A stretch of 61,045 bases of DNA, counting the filler. It is 10 parts of 10 records of this genome, joined end to end, with 100 filler letters (N's around TTAATTAATTAA, not from the genome) between each part and the next. Parts side by side here need not be neighbours in the genome. Positions count along the whole stretch, not along the records: positions 10,785 to 16,932 come from SRR7504441_11387; positions 17,033 to 25,042 come from SRR7504441_11393; 8 more parts are not named here. One strand, written 5' to 3'. Under the pieces are notes generated by a model that did not search any database, was not told the DNA's origin, and saw nothing but the letters and a program-made list of their open reading frames with translations. The translations under genes were made by a program, and so were the position numbers. Positions 10,909 to 20,300 of this stretch are shown piece after piece (position 1 is the stretch's first letter; each line of letters begins with the position of its first letter).

Positions 10909-13524
10909 TTACAACTTGTCCAGGTACCGGTCGAGCGGAGGAACCTCAGCATTGAGCTTCTTGCGCTGACGGACGTTGGCGACGATGCTACCCAGCTTGT
11001 CATCGCAGTCAAGGGGATCGCCAGCCATCTCCTCCCAGTGGTCGAACACACACTGGGGGAAGGCCTGGCCGGAGGTGGCCTCACGCAGTTTGCTCACGAA
11101 CCCAAAGGACTCGAGCACAGGCAGGTACGCCTGCAGGTTGTAGATCGGGGTGCCAGGGCGCTGATCCTCGGAGAAGACATGGCCACGCAGCCTGTTCATC
11201 GTGGAGTAGATGCCTCCGAGCGCACCCTCGGGCGCGGTGATGTTCACTAGGAAGATCGGTTCGAGCAGAGTGGGCGATGCGGTCAGCATGCACGCGTAGA
11301 AGCACCGACGGGCGGTCGGCATGATTTGGCCGCCTCCACGGTGGATGGCGTCGGCGTGCAGGGTCACGTCGTACAGGTCAAACCTGCAGCCGCGCATCGG
11401 CTCCTCGCAGAGCACACCCTCCTTAGAGGCCCACTGGAAGGCCGAGATAACGTGATCCTTGATCTCGTTGAGGAACTGAACGCCAGTAGTCACATCGACC
11501 ACCATGTTGGGTCCGGTCGTGTCTGGCCCGAAGCACCAGATCTTACGGGCATGGTTGACGTCCCATTCGAACGTGTCGGCCAGGTAGCGGCCGCGCGACT
11601 TGGCGTCCTGGGTGGCACTGATGTCCTCACCCTTGTCAATCGCAGCACACAGCTCCTCACCAAGCGGCTGGGCCTTCATGTACAGCCGGTTGTGCTTGTT
11701 GGGCGACTTGGAGAGACACATCTTCTCGGACTCGGTGGTGACTGTCTCACGGAAGGAGACGACCGGGTTGCCTTGCACGATAGGGATACCCTTCATGAAA
11801 TCCTCCGCGAGGTCCTTCAGGCAAATCTCCAGATGCAGCTCACCAGCGCCGGCCACGATGTGCTCGCCGGACTCGGACGAGAAGCACTTGACGATAGGGT
11901 CCGACTTGGACAGACGCTTCAGGCCCTCGACTAGCTTGGGCAGGTCGGAAGGGTTCTTGGGGGCGACGGACACCTGCACGACAGGCGACACCGAGTACTT
12001 CATCACGCGGATGTTGTGTGCGTCCTCCTGGTCGGTGATGGTACCGGTCTTGAGAATGTACCCGTCAATCCCGACGATCCCGACGGTGTTACCGCAGGGG
12101 ATGTCATCGACGGCCTCAGTGCGGCCAGCCATCATGATGAGAGTACGCTGGATGTTCTTGCAGAACAAATCCTCCTTCTTGCCAGGGATGTAGTTGGGCC
12201 CCATAATCCGGGCCTTCATGCCAGTCTTGATGGTGCCAGCGAACACACGACCGAACGCGATGAACCGAGCGTTGTCGGGTGTCGGGATCATCTTGGAGAT
12301 GTACACCATCATCGGACCGTCCTTGTTGCACTCGCGGATGGCGTTGCAGGCGGCATCGTCGGCCGGGCCCTCGTACAGGTTCTCGGCACGGTACTTCTGG
12401 GCCATCGATGGCGACGGCAGGTGAATCACCATCATCTCCAGGAGCGCGTCCGAGGCCGACAGCCACTTCCGCATGACGGTCTTGACCAGCGGCTTGCCAG
12501 TGAGCTGCTTCTCCTCAGTGGACAGCTTGACGCCGACCATGTTGATCAGCTTAGTGTACTTCTCGGTGGCGTCCTCCATGATCAGTTTGAACATCCGGAA
12601 GATTGGCTCGAGCACGAACTTGTTAAACCCGCGCACGTGGCCATCCTCGCACTTCTTGCTCCACTTACCGGTCTTGTTGTTGAAGAAGTGGTCGCCCCAG
12701 AGCTTCTTGATCAGCTTGTCTGGGTCAGTCTTGAACTTCTCGGCGTACAGCTTAGCGAAGTGGGTCAGAGTGAAACCCCACGACTGGAGCCCGGACCCGA
12801 AAGCGACGGTGCCCTTGTCGGGGAAGACCTGCAGGTCACCGCATTCCTCGTCCATGTAGGTGGCGATAATCACGTTCACGTTCTCCAGGATCTTGATGAA
12901 ATTCTGGTACGTGTCCTCCAGCTGAGCCTGCAGCTCGAGGATCACGCGATCGAGCTTGTTCACCATCAGCACTGGCTTGACGCGCTCTTGGAGCGACTGA
13001 CGGAGCACGGTCTCGGTCTGCACGCTCACGCCGGACACCGAATCGACGACCACCAGGGCGCCGTCCGTGATTCGGAGGGCCGCAGTCACCTCCGAGGAGA
13101 AGTCAACGTGCCCGGGCGAGTCGACCAAGTTGATGTAGAAGCCACGCTCCGGGTCTGAAGGCGCGGGGACAAACTTCTTCATCTCCTCCTTGATCTCGAA
13201 GTACAGCGACACGCCGGTGGACTTGATGGTAATGCACCGGTCCTGCTCGTCCTGGCGGGTGTCGGTGGTGCGCTTGTCGCCAGCGTCCGAGGCGGCGATG
13301 ATACCGGCACGAGCCACGAGCGAATCCGTAAGAGTGGATTTGCCGTGGTCGACGTGCGCAATCACGGACATGTTACGGATGTTGTGAGGGCTGTCCATGG
13401 CCTCGCGCATTTGGTTCACGGAAAAGTTTGGCTGCGGCACACGCGCGGTCAGTCCGGGCGGGCGGGCGGGCGGGGGGCGGGCAGGCAGCAGATGGCTAGG
13501 CCAGGCCTCGGCGCTGCTCACCAT
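10909..13524 (-). CDS. EEF2: Eukaryotic translation elongation factor 2
   Basis: [51 protein letters not shown], diphthamide loop [15 protein letters not shown]-terminal YLDKL. One 90-nt intron directly after the ATG. Confidence 0.98.
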   Translation of the reverse strand: MVSSAEAWPSHLLPARPPPARPPGLTARVPQPNFSVNQMREAMDSPHNIRNMSVIAHVDHGKSTLTDSLVARAGIIAASDAGDKRTTDTRQDEQDRCITIKSTGVSLYFEIKEEMKKFVPAPSDPERGFYINLVDSPGHVDFSSEVTAALRITDGALVVVDSVSGVSVQTETVLRQSLQERVKPVLMVNKLDRVILELQAQLEDTYQNFIKILENVNVIIATYMDEECGDLQVFPDKGTVAFGSGLQSWGFTLTHFAKLYAEKFKTDPDKLIKKLWGDHFFNNKTGKWSKKCEDGHVRGFNKFVLEPIFRMFKLIMEDATEKYTKLINMVGVKLSTEEKQLTGKPLVKTVMRKWLSASDALLEMMVIHLPSPSMAQKYRAENLYEGPADDAACNAIRECNKDGPMMVYISKMIPTPDNARFIAFGRVFAGTIKTGMKARIMGPNYIPGKKEDLFCKNIQRTLIMMAGRTEAVDDIPCGNTVGIVGIDGYILKTGTITDQEDAHNIRVMKYSVSPVVQVSVAPKNPSDLPKLVEGLKRLSKSDPIVKCFSSESGEHIVAGAGELHLEICLKDLAEDFMKGIPIVQGNPVVSFRETVTTESEKMCLSKSPNKHNRLYMKAQPLGEELCAAIDKGEDISATQDAKSRGRYLADTFEWDVNHARKIWCFGPDTTGPNMVVDVTTGVQFLNEIKDHVISAFQWASKEGVLCEEPMRGCRFDLYDVTLHADAIHRGGGQIMPTARRCFYACMLTASPTLLEPIFLVNITAPEGALGGIYSTMNRLRGHVFSEDQRPGTPIYNLQAYLPVLESFGFVSKLREATSGQAFPQCVFDHWEEMAGDPLDCDDKLGSIVANVRQRKKLNAEVPPLDRYLDKL
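13432..13521 (-). other. Intron immediately after the eEF2 start codon
   Basis: ATG|GTGAGC...CTGAC...CCGCAG|CCA. Splicing gives [10 protein letters not shown], matching the conserved eEF2 N-terminus. The 30 in-frame codons are low-complexity and not eEF2-like. Confidence 0.88.
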
Positions 13525-14099
13525 CTTCGAGTCTTGTTACTGGAAGTGCCGGTGGCCCTGACTGACTGCTAGCCGTGTGCTTGCGTCGAAGACGAGCGAA
13601 GGCTTTGCCGTTATGGACGTTGGCAACGGAACGAAAACCGAGACTGACTCTGGCAAACCGCGCTATCGCTCACGCTGTCAACTAGCTGTCAACGGTTGGG
13701 CTGCGCTGGCGTGCGTGAGAGATTGTCCGGGCACCCAGTCCGCGCGGCCACCCAGTTCGCGTGCACAAGGTAACACCGGTGAATCGCACGAGTGTTCCAA
13801 AACGTCAGTATTAATGAAATGGCATCAGCCATCAGGTACGTATACCCAGAGACTGGCAGAGAGTTGCACACGTTTACAAATGAGCCCGAAGGCCCAGTGG
13901 AAGGAGTTCCGCTGGGTAACAGGGGATGGGGACGACCGCGGATTCCTTCGCCGACGGGAACATGTCGCCCAACTCCCGAACTCCAGGCCCGTCGGCCTAC
14001 CGTCGGCCCGTCAGCGTGCGCCTGTCGGCCTGTTCGGGCCGGGTGATCAATCGTCTCGCGTCTTGCAAAGCGTCGGCTGACAGCTCATTTGGGGGGCCA

Positions 14100-16682
14100 A
14101 TGGCTGTGGACCCGCGGGACGCCAAGACCGGCCGGGTGGTGAGCGACCTGAACGGTGGGCACCGGGCGGCTATCCGGGGTGCCCTGACTGCCCGTCCAGG
14201 CTACTACGACAGCCAGAACGTTGTGGTCCTCGCCGGACCCAACGGCCAGCCTGTGTACCTGGTGGCCCTCCACCACACCCACAACCAGTGCCCCCCGGCC
14301 CGGCCGGCCCTGACCGCGACGGCCAGCGAGGGCGGGCCCGGGCTCCGGCTGTACCACACCCGCTCGTTCGACCATGGGGTGACTGCAACGGTAGCGGACC
14401 GGCCAGCCGGCTTTGGTCAGGTCACTTGGGAGCCGTTGATACCGTTCGAAGAAAGCCTCACCCGGCAGAGCCACGACGGGTGCGGTGGGCAGGGGGGCGG
14501 TTGGGATTGGCGTTAGGTACATGCTCAAGCACCGGCTACCGGACGGCACCCAGCGGGTCTACGTGTTTTACGGGTTCAACCAAGGCCGGATGACTTTTGT
14601 GGATGGTTCCAGCTGGGCAGCCCGGCACGAGCGGTTGCCGTTGGTGCCGTTACCGTTACGGACAGGTACAAGGAGCGTGGGATGATCCTGCATCGGAGCG
14701 ACATGCAACTAGACGAAGGATTTTGGATGCGGCACTCGGACGACCTCGGGCAGACGTGGTCGGATCGGACTCGGATCCCAGTCCGCCGAACCCAGATCGA
14801 CGTCCCGCCGGGCCCAACGGCATATCTAACGGACTTTTCAGGTGAAGAATCCGTGGAAGGGCCGGAATATCGGAGCCTTTTGCTGCGACAAGCCCGTGGT
14901 GCTACCCGACGGCTCTGTATACTTTGCGTTCCAGAAGACTTTAGAAGGCGGGGGCGAGACACCCGGCTCGGAGGTTTTCTTCATGCGCTCGCGCGATTTG
15001 CTCACGGACAAGCTGCGCACCCCGAGCGCGGCGGTGTTTGCTGGTGGGTTGAGTGGGGTGACTAGTGGTTTGCAGAGCTGGGAGACACTTCCGAGCGGAG
15101 AAGTAGGGCTGCAGGCGCCGCTGGGTAAGATGCGACTGGGCGAGGAGCCGCACGTAATGCAGGTGTGATAGCATACAGTACAGTATGCGTGTAGGATTAG
15201 GGTTGGGGTTATGCAGGTGTCATACCATACAGTACAGTATGCGTGTAGGAGTGAGTCTGCCTGCCGCAGGTGTGCCACGACGATTCTCTCCGGCTGTTCT
15301 GCTTGTGGCGGACTGAGGTCGGCATGCTGGCCGGGGCCTACTCGGACGACGCCGGGCTCAGCTGGGACCGGCCGTTCTGGCTCACGCACCAGGGCGGCCG
15401 GGCTGGGGCCCATCTGCGCAACCCTCGGGGCTCAATCACACCGATAGCGCTCCGCGAGCTCGATAGCGAGGGGCATCGCCAGTTTGTGATGCTTTACTAC
15501 AACAACGGCCACACAGCCCGCGAAGGGTGGCCATCCTCGCACGGCACAGCCTGAAACGGGGCAGATATGTCGGCCGGAAAGTCTATTGGCTGCTGATTGG
15601 TCGTGAGCGCGAGCGGCGGATTGAATGGGGGATGCCGGAGGTGGCGTTGTGGTGGGATGGGTCCAACCTGGATGACCAGCGCGCGGCGCTCGGGCAGTGG
15701 AATGCGGATTGGGCGATTGTGGATGGCCCGGGGTACCCGGATTGGGTCGAGCTTAATGACGGCACGCTCCATTTTGTAGAGAGCAACAAGCTGGCGGTGA
15801 GGCTGGAAAGTAAATGGACGGCTCTACTTAACAGAGGATTGCGCAGGTGAGATTCCATACGGTGCCGCGTACAGTGGTGGACGCTGTCAAGGGGCAGTGG
15901 CTGGCTCGGGCGGTCCCGTCTGAGGGGCGCGTGCTGCACTCAGCGGAGCTGGTGAGCGATAAAATGGTGCGAGGGCCTGTGTTGCCCGACCTTCGGTGCG
16001 GGGGGGGGTTCAGCTTCCTGCTTTGGATTAAAGGTGCGGCCTGGGCTGCGATCAAGCCAGCGGTGGCGGCAGGCGACAACACGCGCGACGTGTGGGCGCC
16101 AGACGGGCAGCCGATAGTGAGCGCCTGGTCTCAAGTTACGGCCGTTCTTGACGATAAGCCCGACGATAAGATGATCAGCAAGGCGTGCCCTGCCCGATCC
16201 GGGGAGCTGAGCTGGCGGGTCTAGGGGTTCGAGATTGCTGTCAACAGTTCTCTTCAGATAGTGCTGAGGCTTTCGAACGGGTTTGGGGTGGACTTTGAGT
16301 TTGCAAGCCTCACACGAGACCCCGAGAGGATCTGGGACGGAAATTGGCACCAGGTGTGCTTCATTGTGGAGGGAGGGCCCAAGATCGCCTTGTGCGTGGT
16401 AGACGGCGAGTTGTGCGACGGTGGCGACTCACCGCAAGGTGCCAAACAGCGCCCCAATGCGGCTGACAGCGGACAGGCTGGGCGTCGTTCCCTCCTGAGC
16501 TGGGCGAGATCTCCGGCTGCGAGGTGCATCTAGCGCCGCCGAGGTTTAAGGGCAGCTTGCTTGAGTTCGCTGAGTTTCACCGGCCGCTTCTCGTGTCGGA
16601 GGCTATCGGCTCCTGGCGGGCTGGGCCGTCGAGTGATCCGACCTCGACGTGGCAAGTCCCGTTCCGGAAGGCCAAGCTGTGA
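14100..16682 (+). CDS. BNR/Asp-box (sialidase-like beta-propeller) protein with C-terminal LamG-like domain and PTS1 (multi-exon)
   Basis: Asp-boxes SFDHGVTW, SDDLGQTW and SDDAGLSW; GPGYPD; LamG-like WDGNWHQVCFIVEGGPKIALCVVDGELCDGG. Last exon, after a 38-nt intron, ends PFRKAKL-TGA (16680-16682). Confidence 0.75.
15157..15250 (+). repeat. 40-bp direct repeat pair separated by telomere-like TTAGGGTTGGGGTT
   Basis: ATGCAGGTGT(G/C)ATA(G/C)CATACAGTACAGTATGCGTGTAGGA at 15157-15196 and 15211-15250. Confidence 0.9.
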
Positions 16683-16932
16683 GCTGTGCATGAAATCTTG
16701 TGAGATGTACGTGTACATGATTGTAAGAGTCACTAAGAGTCACTGAATCGATATCACTAGAATCCACTGGAATAAATGGTTGTGAAGTCTTACACTGGAA
16801 TAAATATCGATTCAGCCAGGGGGCCTGTTCAGCCGGGGCACCACGGCACCAGCTCCTGCTCGGTGGCCTCCTGGAATGCGCCTTCTTCGGCATGTCCCCA
16901 TTGCATGATTCTCCAATGAAACATGAGCTCGG

Positions 16933-17032
16933 NNNNNNNNNNNNNNNNNNNNNNNNNNNNNNNNNNNNNNNNNNNNTTAATTAATTAANNNNNNNNNNNN
17001 NNNNNNNNNNNNNNNNNNNNNNNNNNNNNNNN
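16933..17032. other. Artificial contig linker
   Basis: N44-TTAATTAATTAA-N44. Confidence 0.98.
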
Positions 17033-17223
17033 CGGCATACAAAGTGGATGTCGCCGGATTGAGCTGTTGGGTCCACACGCCCCCTCCGTCGATAGTACCC
17101 AGGATCGTACCCGAGTTGCCCACCAAACAACCCCTGATTTACTGGCGCCGTCTGCGCAGACCACACCACGGTCTGTGCCCACCCACCGTCGCAGCAGAAG
17201 GTGGCAACCACGATGAGCATCAT
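17033..17223 (-). CDS. 5' end of a putative secreted protein (truncated by contig end)
   Basis: MMLIVVATFCCDGGWA|QTVVWS...: signal-peptide-like start, divergent from the large ORF. Confidence 0.4.
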
Positions 17224-17388
17224 AAGCTTGCTTGCAGTGACTTCACTCCTCTGGTTGACACCGGCTGCGGCCAGGCTGGCCCGGAGAGGCATTCTGTTTT
17301 TTTTTCCTGTTCGAACAGAATGCCGTTGGAAGCGGTAACGACATCGGGTTCAACACCAGCACCAGGTTGCGGCACGAAGGCCAGGCCA

Positions 17389-20300
17389 ATGCCGAAGCTG
17401 CGCCTGTCAATTTGCCGCAACGCCGGGAAGAATCGCGGCATCGTGAGCGGCGTGGTGCTGGTGGAGCCCCGTTGGAAAGAGGTGGCCGCTGCGGCCCGGG
17501 GCAAGCTCAAGCTCAGCGCCAAAGAGCTCAAAGCCCTCAGGCTTTTCCTCCGAAAGGACAACGGCCGGGCGGTGGCCGGGACTGAGCTGGACTCGGCCAG
17601 CATCGGCGAGTGCCTCACCAATGACAGCGTGCTGAGCGTCTCGGTGGGCGAGCCCTTCTTTCACAGCGACGGGCGCGCCCAGACAGACGGCGCGAGCAGG
17701 GACTGGCCGCTGGCCCCATGCTTCCCGTGGCCGGCCGGACCGCACAGCCCGCCGGCTGCCAGCCGGAAGCTGCTGCCCGAGGCTCCGCCCGAGGCCGGGG
17801 ATACGGCCGGTCCGGCCTGGTGCCCTGGGAACGCGTCGGAGGACCGACTGGCGCCGCTGTGCGAGTTCGAGATGGACGGGCCGTTCGTCTGCTTGGAGGG
17901 CGACGTCTCCAAGTGCCTGCGGGAGGCGATCGGGGGCTGCACGGGGTTCACCGTCAAGGACTGCGGCTGGTGGCACGCATTCGATTACAAGTCAGCCCAC
18001 GGTGGAATGGAGGCAATGTTTCCCAACCCACTGGCCGCCAGGAAAGGCACCCGCGAGCGATGGAATCTGGCGGCCCGGCGTGAGTGCCGCGGGCTGCTGG
18101 TGTGCTCGCGCACTGGGCGGGTGCTCCGGCGGCCGCTGCATAAGTTCTTCAATCTCGAGGAGATCAGCGAGACGACAGATCTCTCCGGCCTGACGCTCCC
18201 ACGACACAGCAGATGCCTGTCCGAGAAGCTGGACGGCTCGCTCGTGTCCGCGCTGCAGCTCGACCGCCAGTGGGTGTGGGCCGGCAAATCGGCGGTTAAC
18301 GCTGACGTGGCCGGCTTTGTGGGCACGCAGCAGGCGGGCTACATCGCATTGGTCCAGGCCTGCGAGGCCGCCAACCAGACGGCTCTATTCGAGTGGTGCC
18401 CAGAAGAGCAGGTGGCTGGGGTTATCAGGCACGCGGAGCCGTCGCTGCAGCTGATCGCAGTGCGGGACATCTTCTCGGGCCAGTATGCCACGCCTGAGCA
18501 GTTGGAGCAGCTGGCTGCCGAGCATTCGGTGCCACTCACCCGACAGTTCGCCCCAGAGGACCTCGGGCTCAAACCAGGGTGTACCATCGCGGAGCTCTGC
18601 AGCGTAGTCAGGGCCTGGACGGACACCGAAGGCATAGTTCTTTCTCTCAACGGTGCATTGTACAAGATCAAAACCTCATGGTATATGCAGATGGTGGTGG
18701 CCGCCACCCGAGGAGGCAAGCAAGGGGGAGCACGGTTCCTAGGGGAGCTTGTGTCTCAATCTGGAGCCCTGTCAGCGGCTCCAGCCGCTGCAGTGTGGGG
18801 GTGTGTCCTGAGCGAGCAGTCAGATGATGAGATGTCCCTGTGCTGTGCATTGCTCAGTGAAGCTGGGCAACCCGAACAGGCTCAGCTCCTCAAAAGATTT
18901 CGAGACAAGACGCTGGCTGGGTTCAAAGACCTGCATGCTGAACTTCTCCAGTGGGGAGCAAGCGTCAACAGCGCGCTTCAGATTGGAGAGTCGCACAGCT
19001 TGATGGAGGCGGTTGCTGCGTCATCGGTGGCCGGATGGCAAACCACACTCCTTGTAGCTTACTGTCAGGCAAGAGCAGCGGGAAGCGATTTGCATGCGCA
19101 GAGCGAGCTGTCTGCCCAGCTCCGCAAGTTATGCGTAGAGCAGAAAATCTTAGCGCTTGAAAAGCTTTTAAAGTGTCGGTGGAGCACGGATATAGTACTG
19201 ATTGATGGTGCTGAGTTGGAGCGCACCTCTATAGGAGCCGAAGTCTTTGCTCAGGCGAGAGAGAATTGTGGTGTTAAGCTCTTGGAACGGATACGAGAGC
19301 ATACATGTGGAGTCTATCTCAACAAGAAGATCGCCAATATGCAAGGGAAACAGGTTGGGGAGATTAATGGGGATACGGAGGTCTATATACACCCAGATCA
19401 CGCGCCTGATGAAGGCAAGTTGAAGGGCTGTTGGGAGCTGTTTCAGTCCGACGGCATTGCCGATCTCCGCTTGGATTTACAACCACAGAAGCAGAGCGGA
19501 CACGATGATCACTATGGGGACAGCTCTTTTGCCAATATTCAGGTCCAATTTGGACCGTCTAGTGTATGCAAGAAATCCTCAAAGAAGACAAGCAAGGCGC
19601 ACCTCAGCGGGGGATTGGCTGGCATTTTGGTAGCCACAGGTGCTTGCCATAGGCTTGATCATCTGCGCGCCGCCCTTGAGTTATCGTTTGATTGTGCGGC
19701 ATACGTCCGAGTCCATGCCCCATCAGGAACCGCTCAAATTGGTCCAGGGCAAGATCCTTGTAATTTGCAAATATTCTGTGACCTCGATGGTGTCCTGGTC
19801 GATTTCCAGAATGGATTGAATAGCGCTGGAGAAGCTGTTAAAGTGTCAGTGCTGAATTGTAGTGAGGCCCAAAAGTGGAGCGTAATACAAAAGACACCGC
19901 ATTTCTTTGCTGACCTAGATTGGTGCGAAGGCGCGCAGAGCTTGTGGCAGCTCATTTCAGAAGAATTGCCCACCAATGCACCACCGAAGATTCTGACTGC
20001 GACTCCAGGCGGTAAGCTTGGGAAGCGGGTCGACAAGGATAAGCGACTTTGGTGTAAGAAACATCTCCCTAAGGTTGAGGTGATTACTTGCCTCTCTGAG
20101 GACAAAGTCAAGTCCAGCGGCAAGAACTGCGTGCTGATTGACGACTCTCTCAAGCACAAAGAGCCCTGGGAGGAGAGTGGTGGCATCTTTATTCATCACA
20201 GCGATCTTGACCGTACAATTTGGCTGCTCCGCAAGCTATTCTTAGACTCCGAGCTATGCACTACGTTAGCAGCAGCTGTTGAAACGTTCGAGCAGCCCTC

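Noticed and set aside
11326-13158. Long plus-strand ORFs (202, 197 and 380 aa) antisense to eEF2
   Set aside because: Shadow ORFs caused by strong codon bias in a highly expressed GC-rich gene; no recognisable motifs.
17044-17388. First 115 aa of the 2027-aa ORF call
   Set aside because: Starts at GTG, is not protein-like and overlaps a divergent gene start. A eukaryotic ATG at 17389 (or 17320) is more plausible.
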